This document shows positions 39,092 through 47,241 of a DNA stretch of 62,350 nucleotides, piece after piece. Each line of letters begins with the position of its first letter. The first letter of the stretch is position 1. The stretch is from Pirellulaceae bacterium. Its GTDB lineage: Bacteria > Planctomycetota > Planctomycetia > Pirellulales > Pirellulaceae. The stretch covers positions 1 to 62,350 of the forward strand of contig JBILTQ010000001.1 of assembly GCA_044371435.1 (NCBI GenBank), read 5' to 3'. A program made the position numbers and the translations under genes. A model generated the notes under the pieces. The model did not search any database, was not told the DNA's origin, and saw only the letters and a list, made by a program, of their open reading frames with translations.

Positions 39092-42000
39092 GTGAGTTTC
39101 AAGCCTATTTGGACCCGATGGTTCTGGCAGAAATCGCGCCCTTCACCGCAACCTAGTCCACGCCGATCCCAGCGGACATTGGTAGCCAAGCGAAGAGTCG
39201 CGATGGAACGCATGGAGTCTCGTTGCATGTTTACCGTCGATCCGATCTGGGTCGGAGGGGTGTACATCGAAGCCGACCAGGGAAGCGACCAGCACGGCGA
39301 CGACTTCTATGTCACTTTCACCGGAGGCGCGCCCAACACGCAACTAACGCGACTGGTGATCGATCTCGATCAGGGACTACCCGGACTCGGCGTGGCTGAT
39401 AACATCTTCGATATCACCGAATCCGGCTTGGGAGCGGATCATGCTTTTGATTTTCGGGTCGAACAATTATCAACCCGTGATCGCCAAGCCCGTGTTACCG
39501 CCCTCGTCGTCGATGGTGGCACTCGACTTGAAATAAACTTCGAGAATTTCTATGCCGGCGATCGGCTGGTTTTCACAATCGATGTCGACGAGATTCAGCA
39601 CTTTGATCCTGATCAAACCGATCTCTTGGAAATCAACCTCGGCCTGGATCCCATTACCTCAGGCGTCGAGTTTCAAGGTAGCAAACTCCAGGCCTCGTTC
39701 ATGGCTCCCCACTATCAGGATATCGATGGTCAGGGGGGCTATCTCAATCGTTACGACACGCTGCTCTTGCCATCCGGCCTGAATCTTCCGGCGGATAACG
39801 ACAATGGACTGCGCGATCGCACAGCCGGAACGGCCTTCAGCGTCACCCAAATCCCCAAGCCTATTTCCTTGGCGGGTACGGTCTTTGTGGATAACAATGT
39901 CAATTTGGTTCAGGAACCCGCGGAGTCGGGCCTGGCAGGCGTCCAGTTGGAACTCTTTCGGAAACAAGGTAGCGGCTATATCTCGACCGGACACCGAGCC
40001 ACCACCGATGGACTGGGACAGTATCGATTTGGCCTGTCGCTGAATCTATCCCCAGGAACTTATCAGATTCGCCAAACGCAACCCGATGGTTACTTCAGTG
40101 TCGGCGCCATTCCTGGGGTACTCGACGGAAATTTGCCCGTCGGACAAAGCCTGATCGAGAACAAAGATCTGCTTACGGAAATCGTTATTCCCTTGGGTGA
40201 TCAGCACGCGCGGCAGTTGAACTTTGCGGAAGCTCAACCGGCTTCTCTCAGTGGCTATGTTTACGCAGATCGCAGCAATGATGGTCGTCGCGATGCGGGC
40301 GAATCTGGGATTGGCGGTATTAGCGTTCGGCTCGAGGCGATCGACGGACTGGAGGTGTTTCCCCATCGGATCACCACCACCAATGCCGACGGCTTCTATC
40401 GCTTCGATAATCTTTCGCCAGGCTTTTACCGGATAGTCGAAGTTGCACAACCTGCCACGTATTTCGACGGGCTGGATACGCCTGGAACAGTGCTCAATCA
40501 ACGTCGTGGTCAGGTGTCGACGAACGATGCCATCACCGACATCCAAGTCTTTGGTGATGAAGATGGCATCGAGTTCAATTTCGGGGAACTTCCCCCATCC
40601 GCGCTCAGCGGGCATGTGTGCGTAGCTATGCCAGGATTTGATTGCTTTTCTTCCGCCCCCAACAGTAGCCAGCCGCTCTCGGGAGTTCTCATCGAACTGT
40701 TGGATGGCCAAGGCCGATTGGTGGCCACGACTAGCACCGGACTCGACGGAAGCTATCGCTTTGAAGCCATCCCCGCCGGAGTGTACTCGATCGTCGAGAC
40801 CACGCCCGCCGATCTGTTGGATGGTGCCTCCCGGCGTGGATCGATCGATGGCCAAGCGGTGGGTGACGACAGCCAGTCAAGCCGCATCGACAAAGTGATC
40901 CTGAACCCGGGTCAAATAGGGACAAACTTTGATTTTTGCGAACTGCGTCCGGCTTCGCTATCAGGGCACGTTTTCGAGGATGCGAACAACGATGGTTTTC
41001 GCCAACCTTCGGAACCGCTGCTTCCGAATACAACGGTAAAGCTGTTCGATGAATCTGGAGTAGAAATCGCCCAGCTACAAACCGACGAAGACGGTTTCTA
41101 TCGTTTTTCGCTGCTCCGCCCAGGACGTTATCGAGTAGCGGAAACAACTCCGCCGGGCTATATCGATGGTCGCGATCAAGTGGGAACTATCGCAGGCCTT
41201 CCCGTGGGTATCGTGGACCCGACAGCTGACGTCATCTCCGAGATCGTTCTCGGCTCGGGGCTCGATGGAATCGATTACAATTTTGGCGAGTTGAGACCAG
41301 CCTCGATTGCTGGCCGAGTCATTCTCGACAGCAACGGAAATTGTATCCTTGATGCGGCGATCGACGGACCGCTGCCTGACATCCGCGTCGAGTTGCTGGA
41401 TTCGGCGGGTAAGATCATCCAAACCCAACTCACCGACGCCGAAGGGCGCTATCGCTTTGAAAATCTCTTACCCGGTCAATACGCCATTCGCGAACAGCAA
41501 CCTTTAACACTGCTGCAGGGCTCTTCGGATATCGGCAGTGGCGGCGGGCGAGTCGATAGTCCAGACCTGCTGGTAGAGATCCCGATAGCGTCGGGCGATG
41601 AGCTCGTCGAATATAATTTCTGTGAGGTGCCGCCGGCCACTATCTCCGGTTACGTCTTTCAAGATGGCCCTACCTTGATCACGACCGATGGCAAGCTTCC
41701 GGCGCAGTTGAGACCTTTGCGCGATGGCATGCGGGATGCGGAAGACACTCCGATTGCGGGTGTCGTGCTGGAACTAAGGACCCTCACCGGCCAACCCTTC
41801 CCCAGCGACCGGGCACTTCCTGGCGTCTATACGGGACCAACGATCACCGTCACTACCGGGCCCGATGGTTTTTTCGAGTTTCGCGGGCTTCGGCCGGGGA
41901 CTTACCATATCTACCAACGTCAGCCAGTCGGCTACGCTGATGGCTTGGATAGCGCCGGCACAACGGGTGGCTTCGCGATCAACGCGGAGGATACGATTGA

Positions 42001-43330
42001 TGACTTTGCGATGCAGATCCTGCTGGATTCGCTGAAGCAGGAGAGTTCAACCGATCCTGGCTTCGATGCCATCCTCAAGGTCTTTGTCCTGGCCGGGGAG
42101 GTTTCTACGGAAAACAACTTTAGTGAAATTCTCGTCGATAGCGAACCAACCCCTGTCCCTCCTTTAGCGCCGCCCCCTACGCCAAGGTCGGCATGGGCAA
42201 TGCCTGGTCTCGTCAGCCTACCCTTCGAACGATACCTGGTAATGCCTCCTCCCACGCCCGACGTTCCAGCTTTGCTGGTAGGTGGTGGTGGCAGCGGTGA
42301 GTATTCCTGGCACTTGAGTATCATCAATGCCGGTACGCCTCGTGGTAGCCTCACGGGTCGTCGGATGACCCGTCGCCAGGTCGCCCAGGCGGCCTCGATA
42401 CTCGATGTCAGGAGTTGGTCGATTACCGAGCATGGTTCGTCCCATTGGGTTCTCGCCTCGCGATCGATCGCATCCTGGGAAACCGTTCACCGCCAAGCTT
42501 TTGATGTGGAAGGTGCCACGACACTGGCGGGAGATTTCAATGGTGACGCGATTGATGAGTTAGCCCTCTTTTACGAAGGAGAGTGGCTCATCGATATCAA
42601 CGGTAATGGACGTTGGGATGATGCCGACCTTTGGGCAAGACTGGGTGAGGCCGATGATTTACCCGTGGTTGGCGACTGGGACGCCGACGGCAAAGACGAT
42701 ATCGGGGTTTTCGGGCCGGCTTGGGAGGGAGATGATCGCGTTCTCGAACATGAGCCTGGACTCCCTGACCCTGAGAACCGCCGGGCGGCGAGACCTAAGA
42801 ATATTCCGCCGAGTCCAGCCTCGCATGCTCCCCAGGAGCGTTACCTGCAACGCTCGGCGACTGGTCCAGCCCGGGCGGACGTGATCGATCACGTATTCCG
42901 CTTCGGTACCCGTAGCGACCAGCCGATTGCGGGGGATTTCAACGGGGATGGTGTGGATAGTATCGGCTTGTTCAGTCAGGGTAGATGGCGGCTCGATACC
43001 AATGGCGACGGTCGATGGACAGCAGACCATGACCAGAATTTCGAATTCGGCCAAACTGGAGATATCGCCGTCGTCGGAGACTTTGATGGCGACGGGATTG
43101 ATGAGATCGCAGTGGTTCGAGGCAGTCTCTTGATGATTGACAGCAACCACAACCAGCAACTCGATGCTACCGATCAGGTATTTCAGTTGGAGGGAGATGG
43201 AAGGTCGGTCGTGGTCTGCGACTTGGATGGTGACGGCAGGGATGAAGCATCGATCCTCCGACGTGATGATCGCCTCACCGAGGAGTCGAGCATCACTCGC
43301 GAGGCACGAAAGGCAACCGGATTGAAATGA
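39092..43330 (+). CDS. giant extracellular protein (1412 aa): six SdrD/Cna-B-type repeats followed by FG-GAP/VCBS-type repeats
   Basis: The GTG start at 39092 lies 6 nt after GGAGG. The N-terminal KRRVAMERMESRCMF resembles the leader motif I recall from many planctomycete extracellular giants. The repeats carry SGxVFxDxNxDG...DGxYRFxxLxPGxYxV. The C-terminal part has GDFNGDAIDELALF, GDWDADGKDDIGVF, GDFNGDGVDSIGLF, GDFDGDGIDEIAVV and CDLDGDGRDEASIL. Confidence 0.85.
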   Translation: MSFKPIWTRWFWQKSRPSPQPSPRRSQRTLVAKRRVAMERMESRCMFTVDPIWVGGVYIEADQGSDQHGDDFYVTFTGGAPNTQLTRLVIDLDQGLPGLGVADNIFDITESGLGADHAFDFRVEQLSTRDRQARVTALVVDGGTRLEINFENFYAGDRLVFTIDVDEIQHFDPDQTDLLEINLGLDPITSGVEFQGSKLQASFMAPHYQDIDGQGGYLNRYDTLLLPSGLNLPADNDNGLRDRTAGTAFSVTQIPKPISLAGTVFVDNNVNLVQEPAESGLAGVQLELFRKQGSGYISTGHRATTDGLGQYRFGLSLNLSPGTYQIRQTQPDGYFSVGAIPGVLDGNLPVGQSLIENKDLLTEIVIPLGDQHARQLNFAEAQPASLSGYVYADRSNDGRRDAGESGIGGISVRLEAIDGLEVFPHRITTTNADGFYRFDNLSPGFYRIVEVAQPATYFDGLDTPGTVLNQRRGQVSTNDAITDIQVFGDEDGIEFNFGELPPSALSGHVCVAMPGFDCFSSAPNSSQPLSGVLIELLDGQGRLVATTSTGLDGSYRFEAIPAGVYSIVETTPADLLDGASRRGSIDGQAVGDDSQSSRIDKVILNPGQIGTNFDFCELRPASLSGHVFEDANNDGFRQPSEPLLPNTTVKLFDESGVEIAQLQTDEDGFYRFSLLRPGRYRVAETTPPGYIDGRDQVGTIAGLPVGIVDPTADVISEIVLGSGLDGIDYNFGELRPASIAGRVILDSNGNCILDAAIDGPLPDIRVELLDSAGKIIQTQLTDAEGRYRFENLLPGQYAIREQQPLTLLQGSSDIGSGGGRVDSPDLLVEIPIASGDELVEYNFCEVPPATISGYVFQDGPTLITTDGKLPAQLRPLRDGMRDAEDTPIAGVVLELRTLTGQPFPSDRALPGVYTGPTITVTTGPDGFFEFRGLRPGTYHIYQRQPVGYADGLDSAGTTGGFAINAEDTIDDFAMQILLDSLKQESSTDPGFDAILKVFVLAGEVSTENNFSEILVDSEPTPVPPLAPPPTPRSAWAMPGLVSLPFERYLVMPPPTPDVPALLVGGGGSGEYSWHLSIINAGTPRGSLTGRRMTRRQVAQAASILDVRSWSITEHGSSHWVLASRSIASWETVHRQAFDVEGATTLAGDFNGDAIDELALFYEGEWLIDINGNGRWDDADLWARLGEADDLPVVGDWDADGKDDIGVFGPAWEGDDRVLEHEPGLPDPENRRAARPKNIPPSPASHAPQERYLQRSATGPARADVIDHVFRFGTRSDQPIAGDFNGDGVDSIGLFSQGRWRLDTNGDGRWTADHDQNFEFGQTGDIAVVGDFDGDGIDEIAVVRGSLLMIDSNHNQQLDATDQVFQLEGDGRSVVVCDLDGDGRDEASILRRDDRLTEESSITREARKATGLK
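39866..42127 (+). repeat. six tandem protein-level repeats of about 113-163 aa (Cna-B/SdrD B-like) inside the giant CDS
   Basis: Repeat boundaries were read at residues about 259, 385, 504, 621, 737 and 850. Each unit ends in NF(G/C/A/S)E. The units are diverged at the DNA level and are not nucleotide-identical. Confidence 0.7.
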
Positions 43331-43519
43331 GAGGCCGGTAGTAGTGAATGGGACGATTACGCCCTGCCGAGGCTATTAGCATCAATTCCAGCCTTGCCAG
43401 CGCCGATTCAGAACAGGCGGTAGAGGGACGCAAGATTTCGGCTGTCTCGGCAGGTTCACTGCAGTTATGTGAATCGGGACGGCCAGTGTGATGCCAAGCG
43501 GCCTCGTTGAGCGTATGCC

Positions 43520-44245
43520 ATGTCCGACAGCTTTCTCCAAAAACCTTGGGGAGTTGCCAGCCTTATCGGCGGTGCCATCCTCGGACCGTACCTGCTTGTA
43601 GGTGATCATCGATCTCCGCTGCCTCATGGAGAGTCACACCCGGCGTCGAACCGGGTCAACTCGTCGACGGAAGAACCGATCGGTTTGCCGACCGCCATGC
43701 TGACGGCCGACCTGCCTCCGGTCTTATCGGTTGCTGATACCAACTTCATCCATAGCGGGGGTGTTCAGGATCTGCGCGAGATCCTCAGGTTTGATATCCA
43801 TCCGTCGTGGATCGCGCAGCGTTTTCCCCAGGTGACCACCGTGCTGGCGGATACTCGTCTCGATGGGCAACGAGTAGCTTTCGTTTCTGGCATCAAGGCT
43901 ACCGATATCGCCGGTTCCTTGACCTACTACTTCGATGCCACGGAAAAGCTGCGCAGGCTTCAATTCCACGGGACCACCGGCGATCCCAGCATGTTGGTCT
44001 CGTTGATGACCCAGTTCTATTATCTGAAGCCGGAGGTTGCGCTAGGCAGCGAGATTTTCATGGCCAAATGGAATAACCGTATAACGAGCCTGATGCAGCT
44101 TACCTCCGCAGCCATCTTGAACCCTGGCAACACGAATCGCCGATACCAGGTATTCCTGGAACTCAACCAACCGAGCGAGGAGTACGGACTATCACTTCAG
44201 GCAGAGCAGCTGCTTCAGTCAGCCAGGCTAACGCAGCGTTGGTGA
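43520..44245 (+). CDS. hypothetical protein (241 aa), N-terminal hydrophobic segment
   Basis: It is the only long ORF in the gap between the giant gene and uppP, and it runs in the same direction. WGVASLIGGAILGPYLLV looks like a TM segment or signal. No motif is recognised. Confidence 0.55.
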   Translation: MSDSFLQKPWGVASLIGGAILGPYLLVGDHRSPLPHGESHPASNRVNSSTEEPIGLPTAMLTADLPPVLSVADTNFIHSGGVQDLREILRFDIHPSWIAQRFPQVTTVLADTRLDGQRVAFVSGIKATDIAGSLTYYFDATEKLRRLQFHGTTGDPSMLVSLMTQFYYLKPEVALGSEIFMAKWNNRITSLMQLTSAAILNPGNTNRRYQVFLELNQPSEEYGLSLQAEQLLQSARLTQRW

Positions 44246-44270
44246 TCGATTCCTTTTCGACTTCCTGGGG

Positions 44271-44302
44271 AATCAGGCCGCTCGCCGCGGTGCGGCCTGA
44301 TT
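44271..44302 (+). promoter_or_regulatory. perfect 11-bp stem hairpin ending 3 nt before the uppP ATG
   Basis: AATCAGGCCGC (44271-44281), a 10-nt loop and GCGGCCTGATT (44292-44302). There is no U-run. The ATG of uppP is at 44306. Confidence 0.45.
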
Positions 44303-44305
44303 ACA

Positions 44306-45196
44306 ATGAACCTCATGAATAACTATTTCGCTGCAGTCATCCTAGGAATTATCGAAGGTCTTACGGAGTTCCTTCCGGTTAGCTCAACCGCTCATTTACG
44401 TATTACCCAGGAGTTGCTCGGTTTACCTCAAGAGAGCGAGTACTGGAAGATGTTTGCCATCGTCATCCAGCTCGGAGCAATCCTGGCGGTCGTGGCCTAC
44501 TTCTGGAAGCGACTTCGTCTCTTTATTGGTGACTTTTGGCAACATGCGTTCGATGGTCGCCCGGCTAGTCAACGCCCGCAGCCTGCCCCACCCTTGCCTC
44601 ATCGGCCCTTATGGCAGCACCCTCTATCACTGGTGCTGCTAGCTTTTGTCGTCACGGCCTTGCCTTGCTTTCTGATCGATGAAATCATCGGTGAGCAACT
44701 AGAGAACCTGACGATGATGGCTTGGGTCTTGATGATCGGAGGTATTTTCATGTGGCTGGTTGACTGGTGGTTTTCCGCCAAGGCGACCACTCACTCGATG
44801 GAAAAGATGTCTTGGACCCAAGCCTTGTTTATCGGCGCGATGCAGATCATCTCGGCCGCCTTCCCTGGTACCAGCCGAAGCATGGCGACCATTGCCGGTG
44901 GACAGATGGTGGGCCTTTCGCGGACAGCCGCCTTGGAATTCAGCTTCTTTCTTTCCATCCCGGTGATGTGCGCAGCGACAACCTTCAAGCTGCTTCAGTT
45001 CGTGCTGAAAAGTCCGTTTACTCCATCCCTCGACGAATGGCTAGTCCTGGCGATCGGTTTCAGCGTCAGTTTTGTGGTAGCGCTAGTGGTGATTGCCTGG
45101 TTCATGAACTGGGTGCGTCGCCAAGGCTTTCAGCCCTTCGCGATCTATCGCCTGTTAGCTGGGGCGATTCTCCTGTTCTGGCTCCATCGTCGGTAG
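44306..45196 (+). CDS. uppP: undecaprenyl-diphosphate phosphatase
   Basis: AVILGIIEGLTEFLPVSSTAHL and FPGTSRSMATIAGG are the BacA/UppP signatures. Confidence 0.92.
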   Translation: MNLMNNYFAAVILGIIEGLTEFLPVSSTAHLRITQELLGLPQESEYWKMFAIVIQLGAILAVVAYFWKRLRLFIGDFWQHAFDGRPASQRPQPAPPLPHRPLWQHPLSLVLLAFVVTALPCFLIDEIIGEQLENLTMMAWVLMIGGIFMWLVDWWFSAKATTHSMEKMSWTQALFIGAMQIISAAFPGTSRSMATIAGGQMVGLSRTAALEFSFFLSIPVMCAATTFKLLQFVLKSPFTPSLDEWLVLAIGFSVSFVVALVVIAWFMNWVRRQGFQPFAIYRLLAGAILLFWLHRR

Positions 45197-46016
45197 CCCC
45201 GTCGCTTGGCTGCAGATCGGCAACGTCTTTTTCAGGCAAGGCTGGAGATCGTCTCGGCCTCTGCCTCGGATTCCAGGCCGATGCGGGCTCGGCAATGCAG
45301 GCGTGCGGGCACCATGCGTTTTTTTCTGCCCACATTTCGGCTGCTTCCGTCAGGCAATTCAAGGACTGTTCGACACTCCAACGATAGTGCTCGAATTCCT
45401 CACGTGTCAATTTCTGCGGGATATGAAACCTTGGACCAACGACGACTCGTGCCCGGGAACCGGGTTTCGGCAGCGGAAACTTATCCCAGGATCGCTGTAA
45501 ACGCCATGGATGTTGATAGCCCATCCCCACCGGCACTAGCGGAATATCGAGCTTCGAGGCAATAAAAATAGCCCCAGCCGCCATTACCCGACGCGGTCCG
45601 CGAGGACCGTCTGGAGTCAATACCAAGCCCGAAACCGTCGGCTGATCAAAAATCGCTTTGATCGCCCCCACTCCGCCTCGTCCTGACGAACCGCGAAAGA
45701 CCTGAAATCCATTGAGGATCGCCATTTGCGATAGCCATTCAGCATCACGATGCCGACTTGCCAGCACCCCCAAGCCATAGCGGCGTCTCAAGTAGAACGG
45801 GATGAGCGTGTATTCATGCCAGAGGATAAAGATGACAGGGTCACTGAACTCGGGAAAAACCGGGTCGACCGAGCGGTCATAGTAATAGGCTCGATAGTCG
45901 AGCGTCCGCATCCAAAAACGCAACGTCAACGAGAGCATCAAGCCACCCATTCGTTGTGCGGGCGACGACTGAAGGATTTGCTCGAGTTTCACGTTATGCC
46001 AGCGGCCATTCGCCAT
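45102..46016 (-). CDS. DUF374-type lysophospholipid-acyltransferase-like protein
   Basis: [39 protein letters not shown] and [11 protein letters not shown] match my memory of the DUF374 family, which is often linked to Kdo transferase or lipid A genes. The 60-aa C-terminal tail is low complexity. Confidence 0.7.
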   Translation of the reverse strand: MANGRWHNVKLEQILQSSPAQRMGGLMLSLTLRFWMRTLDYRAYYYDRSVDPVFPEFSDPVIFILWHEYTLIPFYLRRRYGLGVLASRHRDAEWLSQMAILNGFQVFRGSSGRGGVGAIKAIFDQPTVSGLVLTPDGPRGPRRVMAAGAIFIASKLDIPLVPVGMGYQHPWRLQRSWDKFPLPKPGSRARVVVGPRFHIPQKLTREEFEHYRWSVEQSLNCLTEAAEMWAEKNAWCPHACIAEPASAWNPRQRPRRSPALPEKDVADLQPSDGATDDGARTGESPQLTGDRSRRAESLGDAPSS

Positions 46017-46833
46017 GAAAGACTTCGACGGCTGGTCCGGTCATGAAAACATGATTCGTCGCCTCTTCCCACCGCAACCGCAAATCGCCGCCTCGGAGAT
46101 GATTGAGAATCTCGCGATCGGTTTGGCCGGTAAGTACCCCAGCCACACAAACGGCGCTTGCCCCGGTACCGCAAGCCCACGTTTCACCTGACCCTCGCTC
46201 CCAGGTTCGTTGGTTGACCTCTCTGGGTGACAAGATCTCGACAAACTCTACATTGGTCCGCTGAGGGAAACGGGGGTCTTTCTCAATCTTCGGCCCAACC
46301 TGGAGAACCAATTCATCGGTTGCTTCCGGGACAAAAATCACGCAATGAGGATTACCCATCGATAGGCAGGTGACAAAAAGCCGATGGCCATCAATGGTCA
46401 TCGGAAAATTGACCACTGTCTGTTCAGCCAAAAGTGTAGGGACACGTGCTGCTTCGAGGATAGGCTGGCCCATATCGACTGTCACGCTGTCGACCAAACC
46501 ATCCTTGAGACACAAATCTACCGATAAAACGCCTGCTCCTGTTTCGATTTTTAGCTTTTCATTGCGACATAGGCCATGATCATAAACATATTTAGCCACG
46601 CACCGAATCCCGTTACCGCACATCGCCGACTCACTACCATCGGCATTAAACATTTGCATGCGAGCATCAGCTACTTTCGATGGCAGGATCAGGATCAGAC
46701 CATCGCTTCCCACGCCAAAACGGCGATCAGAGACTCGAACAGCCAACTCGCCGGGTTCATCGGGAATCACCTGATCAAAACCGTTGACGTAGACGTAATC
46801 GTTGCCAGCACCGTGCATCTTGGTGAATCGCAT
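45994..46833 (-). CDS. dapF: diaminopimelate epimerase
   Basis: [16 protein letters not shown] is present, together with the active-site Cys contexts [16 protein letters not shown] and [12 protein letters not shown]. Confidence 0.92.
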   Translation of the reverse strand: MRFTKMHGAGNDYVYVNGFDQVIPDEPGELAVRVSDRRFGVGSDGLILILPSKVADARMQMFNADGSESAMCGNGIRCVAKYVYDHGLCRNEKLKIETGAGVLSVDLCLKDGLVDSVTVDMGQPILEAARVPTLLAEQTVVNFPMTIDGHRLFVTCLSMGNPHCVIFVPEATDELVLQVGPKIEKDPRFPQRTNVEFVEILSPREVNQRTWERGSGETWACGTGASAVCVAGVLTGQTDREILNHLRGGDLRLRWEEATNHVFMTGPAVEVFHGEWPLA

Positions 46834-46901
46834 GAACTGCCTATAAAAATCAAAAAAGGAAGCCGCGAGCGGGATAATGAATTGCGTACAACTGTATCGA
46901 T

Positions 46902-47216
46902 TTAGCCAAGAATATCCAGATCCGAGGGGGGGGATGCGTCATCCACTTCCAGATTCCAGATCGAGGGCTGAGCCTCGTTGGCGATCGCTTCGGCAGCTTT
47001 CGCAGTCGGCGGAGGAGGCGGCTCTCCCTGGTATCTTTCCTGGGCATCGCGGTCTCCCATTTCCTGACTGGCCTGAAGTTGCTCGGTGATTTGCTGCAAG
47101 CTTTGACTAGTCCGGGCCTGATCCAGACTGTGCGCTGTCGCTTCCTGATTGCGAGCCACCTGGTGAGCCAAGGTGGCGAGAGGAGCTACGGGTGAGGGGA
47201 TCCTTGGAATCTGCAT
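46902..47216 (-). CDS. small hypothetical protein (104 aa), Gln/Glu/Pro-rich
   Basis: It is the only ORF filling the 408-nt gap between the AsmA-like gene and dapF on the same strand. The composition is low complexity (PPPPP, acidic C-terminus), so coding status is uncertain. Confidence 0.4.
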   Translation of the reverse strand: MQIPRIPSPVAPLATLAHQVARNQEATAHSLDQARTSQSLQQITEQLQASQEMGDRDAQERYQGEPPPPPTAKAAEAIANEAQPSIWNLEVDDASPPSDLDILG

Positions 47217-47241
47217 GCTCGTCTCCTGATTTCCGGGCTAA

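Noticed and set aside
44767-45387. A 206-aa plus-strand ORF overlapping the 3' half of uppP in another frame and running into the DUF374 gene.
   Set aside because: It is out of frame with a well-supported uppP and antisense to the DUF374 gene. Its sequence is low complexity and Arg/Pro/Ser/Gly-rich.
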